64,000 nt of DNA, taken from Nannocystis pusilla (lineage in GTDB: Bacteria > Myxococcota_A > Polyangia > Nannocystales > Nannocystaceae). This document shows, piece after piece, positions 50,399 to 62,723 of this stretch (position 1 is the first letter of the stretch; each line of letters starts with the position of its first letter). The stretch spans positions 1,485,204-1,549,203 of the forward strand of contig NZ_JAPNKE010000002.1 of NCBI RefSeq assembly GCF_026626665.1. The letters are read 5' to 3'. The notes beneath the pieces are model-generated. The model saw only the letters and a program-made list of their open reading frames with translations. It ran no database searches and was not told where the DNA came from. Made by a program: the position numbers and the translations under genes.

Positions 50399-51568
50399 TC
50401 AGCGGCGGCCGGCGAGGGCGACCACGCGGTCCATCAGGCGCTCGACCTCGGCCTCGGTGTTGTAGAAGTGCGGGCCGAGCCGGAGGCCGCAGTTGGGCCG
50501 CCAGTCGAGCTTGTAGCGCTCCTCGATGAGCCGCTTGCTGGCGTCCTCGCTGCCCTCGAAGTCGACGGCGACGAAGCCGGTGCGGCGCTCGTGGTCGAGC
50601 GGAGAGTGGACGACGAGGCCGGCGCCCTGCGCCCGGTCGATGATGCGCTGGCACAGGGCGAGGTTGTGGGCCCGGATCCGCTCGACGCCGATCTCGTGCA
50701 GGTTCTTGTAGGCGGCGAGGGCGACGTAATAGGCGGGGATCGAGGGGGTGCCGGCGAGGAAGTGGCGGTGGTCGCTGGCGAAGCGGATCGGCGGCGGCTC
50801 GAAGGCGAACGGGTCCTGGTGGCCCATCCAGCCGGTGAGGCGCGGCCGCAGGCGCTCGCGCAGCTCGGGCTTCATCCACATGAAGGCGGTGCCCGGGCCG
50901 CCGCACAGCCACTTGTGGCTGCCGCCGACGACGATGTCGGCGTCCCACTCGGCGACGTCGATCGGGACGGCGCCGGCGGTCTGATAGACGTCGACCATGA
51001 CGAGCGCGCCGACCTCGTGGGCCCGGCGCGTGATCGCGGTGATGTCCTGCAGCGCGCCCGAGACGTAGATGCCGTGCGACAGCGGGACGATCGCGGTCCG
51101 CTCGTCGATCGCCTCGAGCATGCGCTCGGTCGGGATCGTCATGCCGTCGTCCGAGGGCACCTGCACGAGCTCGGCCCCGAGGTCGCCGAAGCGCTCCCAC
51201 ACGTAGAGGACGTTGGGGAACTGCAGCGACTCGACGACGACGCGGTTCTTGCCGCGCGCATAGTCCAAACAGGAGGCGACGGCGGCCTGGAAGTAGGCGA
51301 CGTTCTGGTTGAGGATCGTCTGCCCCGGCGGCGCCTTCAGGAAGCGCGCCGCGCTGTCGGCGGTGTCGCGCATGACGTCGAGCCAGTGCGGCCACACCTC
51401 GACGCCCTCGCTGGCCCAGTCGTCGGCGTACTTCTGCAGCATCTCGGCGGCCTGCCGCGGCATGGCGCCCATGCTGTTGCTGTTCATGTAGGTCGAGTGG
51501 GCGAGGATCGGGTAGTCGTCGCGGTAGCGGGCCAGCTGCGGCTGGAGTTCGGGAAGGATCGGGGTCAC
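50399..51568 (-). CDS. kynU: kynureninase (PLP-dependent, aminotransferase class V fold)
   Basis: GTG start at 51568. …YMNSNSMGAMP…, a DVYQTAGAVPID block, and the SHKWLCGGPG PLP-Lys motif. Confidence 0.75.
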   Translation of the reverse strand: MTPILPELQPQLARYRDDYPILAHSTYMNSNSMGAMPRQAAEMLQKYADDWASEGVEVWPHWLDVMRDTADSAARFLKAPPGQTILNQNVAYFQAAVASCLDYARGKNRVVVESLQFPNVLYVWERFGDLGAELVQVPSDDGMTIPTERMLEAIDERTAIVPLSHGIYVSGALQDITAITRRAHEVGALVMVDVYQTAGAVPIDVAEWDADIVVGGSHKWLCGGPGTAFMWMKPELRERLRPRLTGWMGHQDPFAFEPPPIRFASDHRHFLAGTPSIPAYYVALAAYKNLHEIGVERIRAHNLALCQRIIDRAQGAGLVVHSPLDHERRTGFVAVDFEGSEDASKRLIEERYKLDWRPNCGLRLGPHFYNTEAEVERLMDRVVALAGRR

Positions 51569-52554
51569 TGGGCGGTCCTCTGGGTCGCGTGGATGTCGTA
51601 GGGGCGGAACTCTTGCCGGCTGGTGCGGCGGCCGTTCATGTCGGCGAGCTCGCGCTTGCTGAAGCCGTTGGGGCCGGACCGCGGCAGCTGGCGGCGCACG
51701 AACGTCTCGATGATCCGGCGCGCCTGCTCGGCGACGTCGGCGCGGGTGCGATCGATCTCCGACATCGCCTCTTCGGGGACCTCGCCGGCGAACTCGACGC
51801 GGTAGGTCTCGTCGCACTCGTCCCAGCGCTGAAACAGCAGCTCGCGCTTCTTCGCCGGGTCGCCGGCGGCGTTCCACAGCTCGAACAGCTCGCGCTCGAG
51901 CGTGCCGAGGCGGTAGGTCAGGGTCCGCAGGGTGAACTCGATCGCCATCTGCGTCCGGAGCTCGCGCGTGCGGTCGAGGAACTCGCGCTTGGCGGCCGCG
52001 TCGGTCTCGGGGCCGCCGAGCAGGTCCTGCAGCTTGACCAGCCACTCCGACGGGCCCGTGACGCCGAGGCCGGCCATGTTGATCTGGCGCAGCGCGGCCC
52101 GGGAGCCCTTGACCTTGTCGCCGTGCTGGTCGCGGTTCCAGCGGTCGCCGAAGCGCACGCTGCCGTCGGCGTTGAACACGGCGGTGAACCGCTTGCCGGC
52201 GTCGACGTACATCATCGTGCCGTCGCGCTGGCGCTTGAGGCCGAGCGATCCGAGGCTGTCCTCCGAGACAGGTTTGAAAGCACCTGTCCCGTAGGTCCGC
52301 AGGGACCGCGGCGAGGGGATCTTCGGCACCCCGCCGGGCGGCTCGGCGCGCGCGTTGCCCTCGGCCTCGACGGTCTCGGGCGCGGGCGCGGCGGGGATGG
52401 CCGGGCTCGCGGGCGCCGGCCTCGGACCTCCGGCTGGCCGCTCGTCGCGGCCGGCGCAGCCGACGGGCTCGCGGGCGCCGGGCCCTGCGGGGCCGGCGTC
52501 GAGGTCGCGGGCGGCGCGAGGCCGAGCACAGCGACGAGCGCGAGCCAGGCGGCC
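51565..52554 (-). CDS. hypothetical secreted protein (probable frameshift in the Ala/Pro-rich linker)
   Basis: A signal-peptide frame (V)AAWLALVAVLGLAPPA… begins at a GTG near 52554. The well-formed body (…MMYVDAGKRFTAVFNADGSVRF…) lies in the 51565..52329 frame. Its stop overlaps the kynU start (GTGA). Confidence 0.4.
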   Translation of the reverse strand, partial: GRLARARRCARPRAARDLDAGPAGPGAREPVGCAGRDERPAGGPRPAPASPAIPAAPAPETVEAEGNARAEPPGGVPKIPSPRSLRTYGTGAFKPVSEDSLGSLGLKRQRDGTMMYVDAGKRFTAVFNADGSVRFGDRWNRDQHGDKVKGSRAALRQINMAGLGVTGPSEWLVKLQDLLGGPETDAAAKREFLDRTRELRTQMAIEFTLRTLTYRLGTLERELFELWNAAGDPAKKRELLFQRWDECDETYRVEFAGEVPEEAMSEIDRTRADVAEQARRIIETFVRRQLPRSGPNGFSKRELADMNGRRTSRQEFRPYDIHATQRTAQ

Positions 52555-52561
52555 ACGGCGG

Positions 52562-52954
52562 CTAGTCTTCCTTGAGGAAAGCCTCGTACTGCGCGGCGGT
52601 CAGCAGCCGCTCGAACGAGGCCGCGTCGGAGGGGCGGATCCGGAGCATCCAGCCGTCGCCGTAGCAGTCGGTGTTGACGTCCTCGGGCGAAGCGTCGAGC
52701 TCGCCGTTGACCTCGACCACCTCGCCGTCGACCGGGGCGTACAGGTCGCTCACGGCCTTGACCGAGTCGACCGTGCCGAACAGGGCGCCGGCGGTCACCT
52801 GGGCGCCGGAGGCGACGCGCACGTCGACGAAGGTGATGTCGCCGAGGGTGTTGGCCGCGTGGTCGGTGATGCCGACGACGACGGTGCCGTCGCTCTCGAG
52901 GCGGGCCCACTCGTGGTCTTTGGTGTAGCGGAGGTTGCTCGGGATGTTGGACAT
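52562..52954 (-). CDS. gcvH: glycine cleavage system H protein
   Basis: 130 aa, MSNIPSNLRYTKDHEWAR…, with the lipoyl-Lys region …VDSVKAVSDLYAPV. Confidence 0.9.
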   Translation of the reverse strand: MSNIPSNLRYTKDHEWARLESDGTVVVGITDHAANTLGDITFVDVRVASGAQVTAGALFGTVDSVKAVSDLYAPVDGEVVEVNGELDASPEDVNTDCYGDGWMLRIRPSDAASFERLLTAAQYEAFLKED

Positions 52955-53025
52955 GGTGGAACTTCGGGGCAGGTTGTCGGGGACAGGTGCTCGGGGACAG
53001 GTACGCGAGGACAGGTGCGAAGCGA
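52948..53025. repeat. 14-bp periodic repeat array, 5-6 units
   Basis: tggacatggtggaacttcggggcaggttgtcggggacaggtgctcggggacaggtacgcgaggacaggtgcg lies between gcvT and gcvH. Confidence 0.7.
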
Positions 53026-53033
53026 CGGCGGGC

Positions 53034-54155
<1,122 letters not shown>

Positions 54156-54286
54156 GGTGCTGCCCCGTTCCCATAGCCAACTTCGGCCGCCGCGGGAAGG
54201 GCCGCGGCGTGCTACACCCCGGGGCGATGCGCTCCGAGAGGGAACCCGGAAGCAAACCGCGAGGGCGTGCGGCGCATTTCGCGCCG

Positions 54287-55369
54287 ATGGCCGCGCTGGC
54301 GTCGTGCCTCGCCCTTTTGGCCCCCGCGTGCGCGGCCCGCAAGAGCGCGCCGCCGACCGGCCTCAACTCGTTCGGCCAGGGCACGCGCTACATCCAAAAG
54401 GCGGTGCGCAGCAGCAGCGAGGGCGTGATCATCCTGCCGTCGAAGCGCGCCGAGAACCTGTTCGACCTGCAGCGCCTGAACGAGATCGCCCAGGCCCTGC
54501 GGCCGCCCGCCGCGGCGTGCTTCGTCAACCGGGCGATCGAGACGATGAAGCGAGGCAAGCGCGACGGCGAAGAGGCGTACGTCGACGTGCCCGAGGGTCA
54601 GGTCAAGATCCGCACCCGCCTGTCGCCCGACGGCGAGGTGCTGCGCACGGAGGTGCTCGACACGGGCTTCAAGGACCCGGAGATCGAGCCGTGCATCATG
54701 GAGGCGATCCAGGGCCGCAAGTGGATCAAGAACCGCAGCGGGGTGGTGCAGTACCTCGACGTGATCTACTGGGTCAGCCTCGGCGACGGCTCGGAGGACA
54801 AGTCGCCGCAAGCCAAGGCGGAGCTGCGCCGGCAACAGGCGATCGCGGCGATCCGCGGCAAGGGCTGCCTCGAGCGCCGCGTCGGCGCCGGGACGTACCC
54901 GGTCGAGGGCCTCAACCTGGTCGACCGCGACGGCAACACCCTGGTCAGCCGCGTCGAGCCCAACTCGCTGCCGCAGAAGGTCCAGGAGTGCCTGTCGGTG
55001 GTGCTCCGCGACATTCAGATGCCGCGCGCGCCGAACTCGTTCGTCCGCCCGATCTCGCCGCAGGTCGAGTACACGGTGGCGACCGACGGCACGGTGTCGT
55101 TCGCCGACGAGCGCTGGATCAGCCTGATCCTGATGGAAGAGAAGGCGGCCCGCGAAGACCGCCTGGCAGAGGTCGACCGCGGGCTCGGGATCGCCGAGCC
55201 GCGCGCGAGCGAAGAACCCGCGGCGACGCCGAGCGAGACCGTCGAGGCTTCGGCGAGCGCGGGCGAGGAGGCGACGCCGCCGCCCGCGAGCGAGCCGGCG
55301 CAGGACCCGGGGCAGGCGGGGATGAAGCTCAAGCTCGGCGGGCACCGGCGCTCCGAAGCGCCGAAGTGA
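54287..55369 (+). CDS. hypothetical lipoprotein
   Basis: Starts at [15 protein letters not shown] (lipobox) and has a C-terminal acidic low-complexity tail. An alternative ATG lies at 54227. Confidence 0.5.
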   Translation: MAALASCLALLAPACAARKSAPPTGLNSFGQGTRYIQKAVRSSSEGVIILPSKRAENLFDLQRLNEIAQALRPPAAACFVNRAIETMKRGKRDGEEAYVDVPEGQVKIRTRLSPDGEVLRTEVLDTGFKDPEIEPCIMEAIQGRKWIKNRSGVVQYLDVIYWVSLGDGSEDKSPQAKAELRRQQAIAAIRGKGCLERRVGAGTYPVEGLNLVDRDGNTLVSRVEPNSLPQKVQECLSVVLRDIQMPRAPNSFVRPISPQVEYTVATDGTVSFADERWISLILMEEKAAREDRLAEVDRGLGIAEPRASEEPAATPSETVEASASAGEEATPPPASEPAQDPGQAGMKLKLGGHRRSEAPK

Positions 55370-55602
55370 GCGCCGGGGCGCCGGCTGCGAGCTCGCGGGC
55401 GAGGGTTGGCGTGCCTCGGTGACGGCACGCCCGCGGCTTCACCGTCGGGGCCGTCTTTGAAAGGATGCGGGCATTCGGGGTTGCGATTCGCCGAATCGTC
55501 GCGGGCGTCGCGCGATACGGGCGGGTCGCGCGATGCGCGGAGTCGTCACCTGGTCTTGACATGCAACCAAAAGTTGCATGATGGGACCGTCCCATCCGCA
55601 CC

Positions 55603-55938
55603 ATGGACGAGGTGTTCAAGGCGCTGGCCGACGCGACGCGGCGGCAACTGCTCGACCGGCTGTTCTGCGCGAACGGGCAGACGTTGCACGCGCTGTGCGA
55701 GCAGCTGGACATGACGCGCCAGGCGGTGGCCAAGCACCTCGCGGTGCTCGAGGCGGCCAACCTCGTGGTCGTGGTCCGCAGCGGGCGGGAGAAGCTGCAT
55801 TACCTCAACCCGGTGCCGATCCACGAGATCTACCAGCGGTGGATCGGCAAGTACCAACAGCATCACCTGGCGGCCCTGTCCGCCCTCAAGACGAGCCTCG
55901 AGGAGAGACGCGATCATGACGACGACGACGACCGATAG
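55603..55938 (+). CDS. ArsR/SmtB family transcriptional regulator
   Basis: HTH LADATRRQLLDRL…LCEQLDMTRQAVAKHLAVLEAANLV, with a poly-Asp tail. Confidence 0.75.
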   Translation: MDEVFKALADATRRQLLDRLFCANGQTLHALCEQLDMTRQAVAKHLAVLEAANLVVVVRSGREKLHYLNPVPIHEIYQRWIGKYQQHHLAALSALKTSLEERRDHDDDDDR

Positions 55939-56515
55939 ACCGAGCTTTGTGTATGTCACGTACATCACCACCACGGCGGAGAAGCTGTGGGAGGCGCTGA
56001 CGCAGGGCGAATTCACCGAGAAGTACTGGGGCGGGCGCCGGGTCGAATCGACGTGGAGCCGGGGGCGCCGATCGTGTACCGCTACGACGAGGGCCGCAAG
56101 ACCGACATCACCGGCGAGGTGCTGCGCTGCGAGCCGCCGACGGTGCTCTTATACGTTCGGGGTCGACCACGGCGCGGCGACCGAGCCGGCCTCGCGCGTG
56201 ACGTTCGAGCTCAAGCCGCTCGGGCCGATGGTGCGCCTGACGCTGACGCACGACCAGTTCATCCCCGACAGCAAGGTGCTGGCGGGCGTGTCGCGCGGAT
56301 GGCCGGGCATCCTCTCGAACCTCAAGACGTTCCTCGAGACCGGCAAGCCGATGCCGTTCGGGATTGGGACAAGGCGACCGCGACCTGAGCCCGCCAGGCG
56401 AATCGCGCACGCCCGGCGCGGCGGCGTGCGCTGTTCGAATGCGGGCCGTCAGAGGCCGTTGGGGATCACGGTGAGGGTCGCGGAGCCCTTGTTGGTCAGG
56501 ATGAGGTCGTCGTAA
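55916..56515 (+). CDS. SRPBCC / Aha1-like (activator of Hsp90 ATPase homologue) protein, with two compensating frameshifts
   Basis: The conserved blocks FVYVTYITTTAEKLWEALTQGEFTEKYWGG, PIVYRYDEGRKTDITGEVLRCEPP and SYTFGVDHG…RVTFELKP…LTLTHDQF sit in alternating frames across about 56045-56160. The ArsR plus SRPBCC pair is a common arrangement. The end is uncertain. Confidence 0.5.
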   Translation: MTTTTTDRPSFVYVTYITTTAEKLWEALTQGEFTEKYWGGRRVESTWSRGRRSCTATTRAARPTSPARCCAASRRRCSYTFGVDHGAATEPASRVTFELKPLGPMVRLTLTHDQFIPDSKVLAGVSRGWPGILSNLKTFLETGKPMPFGIGTRRPRPEPARRIAHARRGGVRCSNAGRQRPLGITVRVAEPLLVRMRSS

Positions 56516-58392
56516 CCGTCGACGTCGAGGTCGGCGACGGCGATGGCGTTGAGGCCGGGCGAGACGCCGGTGGCGACGAGGGGCGCCGCGGTGAAGGTGC
56601 CGGTGCCGGTGCCGGTCATGGGGAACACGCCGCCGGCGGCGGTGGTGTACAGGATGTAGGCGTCGAGCTCGCCGTCGCCGTTGAAGTCGCTGGCCACGAC
56701 CCCCAGCGCCGAGTTGGCGACCTGACCGGCGCCGGTGGCCGATTGCACGCCGTTGGCGAAGGTGCCGTCGCCGTTGCCCTTGAAGAAGAACAGGTAGGCG
56801 CCGGCGGCCCCGTTGGCGAGGATGTCGAGCTTGCCGTCGCCGTTGGCGTCGCCGAAGGCGAGGCCCGCGGTCTGGCCGTTGAGGGCGTTGGCGTAGGCGA
56901 TCGGGGCCGCAAACGTGCCATCGCCTTGATTGACGAGGATCGACAGGCGCGCCGAGCTGGGGCTGGTCACCACGAGGTCGATGTCGGCGTCGCCGTCGAG
57001 GTCGCGGCAGGCGATCGTCGACTGCACGCCGCCGGTCGCGAGGATGGCGACGAGCACGGGCGGGTCGAAGGCGCCGGTGCCGGTGCCTGCGATCACGCTC
57101 ACCTGATTCGAGGTCACGCTGGTGGTGGCGACGTCGATCGCGCCGTCCTTGTCGAAGTCGCCGGCGCAGAGGTGGACGGAGCCCGGGGCGCCGGTGGAAA
57201 ACGGCGCCGGCGCCCCGAAGGTGCCGGGCGCGTCCGGGCCGAGGTTGCGGTAGACGCTGAGGTTGCCGTGGTTGGCGGGCAGGTTGGTCTGGCCGTCGAC
57301 GGTGACGGCGTCGAGCCAGCCGTCGCCGTCCACGTCCGCCGCGACGACCGCGTTGCTCGACAGCGGCGCGCCGGGGTAGTTGACCTCCGCTTGCACGGTG
57401 GCGTCGCCGTTGCCGAGAAAGACGGAGAGCGAGCCGGAGGGGGTCATCGCGGAGCCGGACTCGGCGTTGGCGACCAGGATGTCGAGCTTGCCGTCCTTGT
57501 CGACGTCGGCGATCGTGGGAGCCAGCGGGGTGTGCGTCGCGGGCACGTCGATCGGCTCGCCGGGGACCTGGCCGGCGGGCGGCGGCTGGCAGTCGCCGTT
57601 GCTGCAGATGTCGTTGTCCGTGCACGCGTTGCCGCAGGCGTTGCAGTGGTCGGCGCTGCTCTGGAGGTTGATCTCGCAGCCGTCGACCGGGTCCGCGTTG
57701 CAGTCCGCGAGGGTGCCGGTGCAGGCGTCGCAGTTTTCGCCCGTGTAGGTGGGGGCGCACGCGCAGGTGTAGCCATTGACGGCGTCGGTGCAGGTGCCGC
57801 CGTTCTGGCACGGGTTCGGGGCGCAATCGTCGATGTCGGTCTCGCAGGTCGGTCCGGTGAATCCAGGGGCGCACTCGCAGGTGTAGCCATTGACGGCGTC
57901 GGTGCAGGTGCCGCCGTTCTGGCACGGGTTCGGGGCGCAATCGTCGATGTCGGTCTCGCAGGTCGGTCCGGTGAATCCAGGGGCGCACTCGCAGGTGTAA
58001 CCGTCGCCGTCCGCGACGCAGGCGCCGTCGTTGAGGCAGGGGTTCGGCGTGCAGACGTCGGTGCCGGTCGTGCTGGTGTCGCTCGAGTCGGTGACCAGGG
58101 TCGTCCCGGTCGTCGGGTCCGCGGGCATGGTCGTGCCGGTGCCTTCACTCGAAGATGTGTCGTCGCTGCTGGACGTCGTCGGGCCGCCGCAGTCGGCGGT
58201 GCCACAGGTGCTCGGCGCCGTGGACGAACCATCGGTGGTCGGCGCGTCACCCGAGGTGGTGGTCGTGGCCCCCGTTTCGGTATCGGTCAGCGAGGTGGCT
58301 GGGGTGTCGGCTCCGCAGGCTGCACACCACAGGCCGAGCAGGAGGTGCAGGTTTTTGTCGAAGACATGGCTCTTAGCTTCGATGCGACGCAT
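56449..58392 (-). CDS. secreted lipoprotein with EGF-like domains and FG-GAP (integrin-alpha-like) repeats
   Basis: Starts at MRRIEAKSHVFDKNLHLLLGLWCAAC (lipobox) at 58392. A Thr/Ser linker is followed by EGF-like repeats, two of them identical (CTPNPC…CAPNPCQNGGTCTD…YTCECAPGFTGPTCETDIDDC occurs twice), then DxDGDG FG-GAP repeats. The ORF N-terminus above 58392 is artefact overlapping pcm. Confidence 0.7.
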   Translation of the reverse strand: MRRIEAKSHVFDKNLHLLLGLWCAACGADTPATSLTDTETGATTTTSGDAPTTDGSSTAPSTCGTADCGGPTTSSSDDTSSSEGTGTTMPADPTTGTTLVTDSSDTSTTGTDVCTPNPCLNDGACVADGDGYTCECAPGFTGPTCETDIDDCAPNPCQNGGTCTDAVNGYTCECAPGFTGPTCETDIDDCAPNPCQNGGTCTDAVNGYTCACAPTYTGENCDACTGTLADCNADPVDGCEINLQSSADHCNACGNACTDNDICSNGDCQPPPAGQVPGEPIDVPATHTPLAPTIADVDKDGKLDILVANAESGSAMTPSGSLSVFLGNGDATVQAEVNYPGAPLSSNAVVAADVDGDGWLDAVTVDGQTNLPANHGNLSVYRNLGPDAPGTFGAPAPFSTGAPGSVHLCAGDFDKDGAIDVATTSVTSNQVSVIAGTGTGAFDPPVLVAILATGGVQSTIACRDLDGDADIDLVVTSPSSARLSILVNQGDGTFAAPIAYANALNGQTAGLAFGDANGDGKLDILANGAAGAYLFFFKGNGDGTFANGVQSATGAGQVANSALGVVASDFNGDGELDAYILYTTAAGGVFPMTGTGTGTFTAAPLVATGVSPGLNAIAVADLDVDGYDDLILTNKGSATLTVIPNGL

Positions 58393-58874
58393 GAGCTCGG
58401 CAGGGTCACACCCGAGGACTGCGGAGGATACGGGCAATCCCGCGCGACCGACGGAGTGACGTCCCGACGCGCGGGCCGGTCCGTCCCGGCTCGGGTCCCT
58501 GGCATGGACGACGCACGCGAGAAGGTGCTCCGCGGTGCTGCTGCACGCTGGGAAAAACACGTGACCTTGATCATCGCCCGGTCGTGCGGCCGCTTCGAGA
58601 TCTGCGGCCGCAGGGGCATTTCCCGCGAGCTGTCGAGGACTCGCGCGAGGGACTCGAACGCGGTGAACATCGCGCGGCTCGAGCTCGCTCCCGACTTCTG
58701 GAGGCCAGCACGAGGGCGCTCCGCAGAGTGCCCGCCGGACGACCCGCAGTGCGCGCTGCCGTGCTGGGCCGGCTGCATGGAGCAGCACCCGGCGGCCAAG
58801 GATCAGTTCCTCGCGCTGTCGCAGTGCGAGATGCGGCTGCGGCTGAGCGCGGCGGGGGTGTTCGCCGACTGCCG

Positions 58875-59576
58875 TCAGTGGCGCGGCTGCGATTCGACCT
58901 CGCCGACCATCGGCACGAAGCGGACCGGCAGGACGGTCTCGACGTGCAGGTCGCCGCGCGGGCGTTTTTCGAGGACCTGCAGGTCCTGCACGAATTCGCC
59001 GACGGGGATCACCAGGCGGCCGCCGACGGCCAGCTGTTCGGTGAGCGGGCGCGGGAGGGTCGGCGCGGCGGCGGCGACGATGATGGCGGAGAACGGCGCG
59101 GCCTCGGGCCAGCCGCGGTAGCCGTCGCCGGCGCGCACGTGGACCTTGTCGTAGCCGAGCTCTTCGAGCAGCGCCGCGGCTCGCTCCGCGAGGTCGGTGA
59201 CCACCTCGATGCTGTAGACCTCGGCGCCCATCTCGGCGAGGACGGCGGCCTGATAGCCGGAGCCGGTGCCGACGTCGAGGACGCGGTCGCCCCGCTTGAC
59301 GTGCGCCAGCTGGGTCATGAGCGCGACGACGTACGGCTGACTGATCGTGGCCCCGTGGCCGATCGGCAGCGGGTGATCGCCGAAGGCGTAGCGCTGCTCG
59401 TCCGGCGGGACGAACCGCTCGCGCGGGACCCGGCGCATGGCGGCCAGGACGGCCTCGTCGGTGATGTCGCGCGCGACGAGCTGCTGCGCGACCATCCGGC
59501 TGCGGGCTTGTGACGGTTCGTCCATGGCGGCGGCGCACGCGACGAGCAGGCACAGCGAGAGGCTCGAGCGGCGCAT
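58875..59576 (-). CDS. pcm: protein-L-isoaspartate O-methyltransferase with an N-terminal lipoprotein-like signal
   Basis: …ISQPYVVALM…VLDVGTGSGYQAAVLA… are PCMT motifs. Signal and lipobox MRRSSLSLCLLVAC. Confidence 0.85.
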   Translation of the reverse strand: MRRSSLSLCLLVACAAAMDEPSQARSRMVAQQLVARDITDEAVLAAMRRVPRERFVPPDEQRYAFGDHPLPIGHGATISQPYVVALMTQLAHVKRGDRVLDVGTGSGYQAAVLAEMGAEVYSIEVVTDLAERAAALLEELGYDKVHVRAGDGYRGWPEAAPFSAIIVAAAAPTLPRPLTEQLAVGGRLVIPVGEFVQDLQVLEKRPRGDLHVETVLPVRFVPMVGEVESQPRH

Positions 59577-59674
59577 ACGGGCAGGCTAGCGCGCGATCGG
59601 CTGCACGCCCGCGCAGGTGCTGCGCGGCGGCGGCCTCAGGCGCGAGAGCCAGGGGTTTCTCCCGGCGGCGAGAC

Positions 59675-59780
59675 GGCTGTCTCTCCGGACATGTCGCAAA
59701 CGCCAGGCGGACTCAGCCGTGGCCGCGGGGGGCGCGCGGGTCGGGGATGTCCCTGAGAACATGCCCCGAGAGCCAGGCTC
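59675..59780. repeat. 14-bp periodic repeat array, 6-7 units
   Basis: ggctgtctctccggacatgtcgcaaacgccaggcggactcagccgtggcc…gggtcggggatgtccctgagaacatgccccgagagcc. Confidence 0.65.
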
Positions 59781-61757
59781 AGCCGCCCTGCGCCACGGCG
59801 TGGTCGAGCTCGGCGAGCTCGTGGGCGAAGCCGCCCGAGAGGATCGGGAAGCGGCACCACGTCTTCGGGTCGAGGTTCTCGTCGTCGAGGTGGAAGCTCG
59901 GGGCGTAGCGCTCGCGCTTCCACTGGTTCTGGCTCCACAGGCGGAAGAACCGCTTGATCCACAGCAGCAGCTGGTCGCGGCCGTGCTCGGGGAAGCGGCT
60001 GGCGAGGACCCGGTAGACCTCTTTGGGGGCGAGCTTGTCGCGGATGGCGGCGCGCTCGATGACGTCGAGGATCGGGTACGGCATCAGGTCGTCCTCGTCG
60101 GTCTGTTTGGCGCCGGCGGGCCGCAGCTCGGCGGTCGGGGCCTGGACGTTGACGGCGCGCACGGCCGGCGTGGGGCCGACGCCGGCGGGGCCCTCGAGCT
60201 CGACCCACCGCAGCCACTGGCGCAGGAAGGCCTTGTCGATGCCGGCGATCGGCGACAGACCGCCGCAGGTGTCGCCGTCCATGGTGGCGTAGCCGACGGC
60301 GGCCTCGCTGCGGTTGCTGGTGGCCAGCAGGAGGGCGCCGCGCAGGTTGGCCAGCAGCCACACGCCGGGGGCGCGGGCGCGGGCCTGGATGTTCTGCAGG
60401 GCGATGTCGTCGCTCTTCCAGCCGAGCTCGCGGCCGATCGCGCCCTCGACGGTGCGCACGTAGGCGCGAACGAGCGGGTCGACGTCGAACTCGAGGAACT
60501 CGGCGCCGACGGCCTCGGCGACCGCGCGGGCGGCGTTGCGGGTGGTGTCGGAGCTGTTGGCGGTGGACTGGTAGACGCAGGTGAGCAGCGCCCGCACGAT
60601 CGCCCGCGGGGTGGTGCACGAGTCCTCGGGCAGGCCGAGGCGGGCGCAGGTGGCCGCGACGCCGAGCTCCTGCGTGGCCAGCGTGACCATGAGGTGGACG
60701 AGGTAGGCGACCGCGGCCGAGTCGGCGCCGCCGCTGAGCGAGACGACGAAGCCGCGCGACCGGCTCTTGCGCAGGTAGTCGAACAGGCCGAGCGCGACGG
60801 CGCGCGAGAACTCCTCGCGCTTGTCGTCGGGCCACGCGGGGGCCGGCAGCGGCTCTTGCGGCGGCAGATCGGCGACGGGCAGCTGCGTGTCGAAGCGGGT
60901 GATCCGGCGCAGGTTGTCGTCGACGGCCGGGCCGGCGGTCCTGCGGGCGTGGATCATGCGCGCGAGGTCGACGTCGATCACGGCGCTGGTCAGGTACACG
61001 TCGTCGTAGCCGAGCCGCGGGCCCTCGGCGATCAGGTGGCCGGAGGCGGCGATCATGCACTCGCCGTCGTAGATGACGCGGCCAGCCTCGTTGCCGATGA
61101 AGCTGGAGTAGACGTAGGCGGCGCCGAAGCTGCGCGAGGCGCCGATGACGATCTGCTTGCGCACCTCGTGCTTGCCGAACGCGAAGTGGCTGGCGCTGGG
61201 GTTGCAGATCACGTCGACGCCCTGGCTGGCGAGCTCGACGCCGGGGCGGTTCGGGACCCACGCGTCCTCGCAGATCTCGAAGCCGATCCGCAGGCCGCCG
61301 ACCTCGAAGATCTGGTCGCCCAGCGGGTAGCTGTGGCCGTCGTGCTCCCACTGCACGAACTTGCCGGCCGGCCAGCCCTTGAACCACCGCGGCTCGTAGT
61401 GGATGCCGTCGCCGGCGAGGAAGCGCTTGCCGACCAGGCCGACGATGTGGCCGTCGGCGACCAGGCACACCGCGTTGTAGTTGGCCGCGCGGTGCATGAT
61501 CGGCAGGCCGAGCGCGACCACCATGCCCTTCGTCTCGGGCAGAAGCTCTGCAAGATCCGCCACGACTCGAGGATCGTGCCGCGGCTGAAGAACGCGTCCT
61601 CGCAGCCGTAGCCGGGGATGCACAGCTCGGGCAGGCACAGGACGGCGACGCCCTGCTCGCGGGCCATGCGGATCGCCTCGACGATCCGGGCCTGGTTGCC
61701 GTCCCAGTCGAGCGGCGTCTGGTTGAGGGCGGCGGCGGCGACGCGGACGAGGTGCAT
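59779..61757 (-). CDS. nadE: glutamine-dependent NAD+ synthetase (CN-hydrolase plus NAD-synthase domains); apparent frameshift near 61550
   Basis: The N-terminal frame from 61757 is MHLVRVAAAALNQTPLDWDGNQ…CLPELCIPGYGCEDAFF. The main frame (59779..) continues with …FEICEDAW… in the nitrilase domain and …SLSGGADSAAVA… in the NAD synthetase domain. Confidence 0.8.
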
Positions 61758-61779
61758 TCAATGTCTCCTGGGACAGGGT

Positions 61780-62719
<940 letters not shown>

Positions 62720-62723
<4 letters not shown>

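Noticed and set aside
54156-54286. Glycine riboswitch upstream of gcvT
   Set aside because: Only about 70 nt separate gcvT from the next gene. No GGAGAG…CTCTGGAGAG / ACCGAAGGGGCAA aptamer core is recognisable on the gcvT strand.
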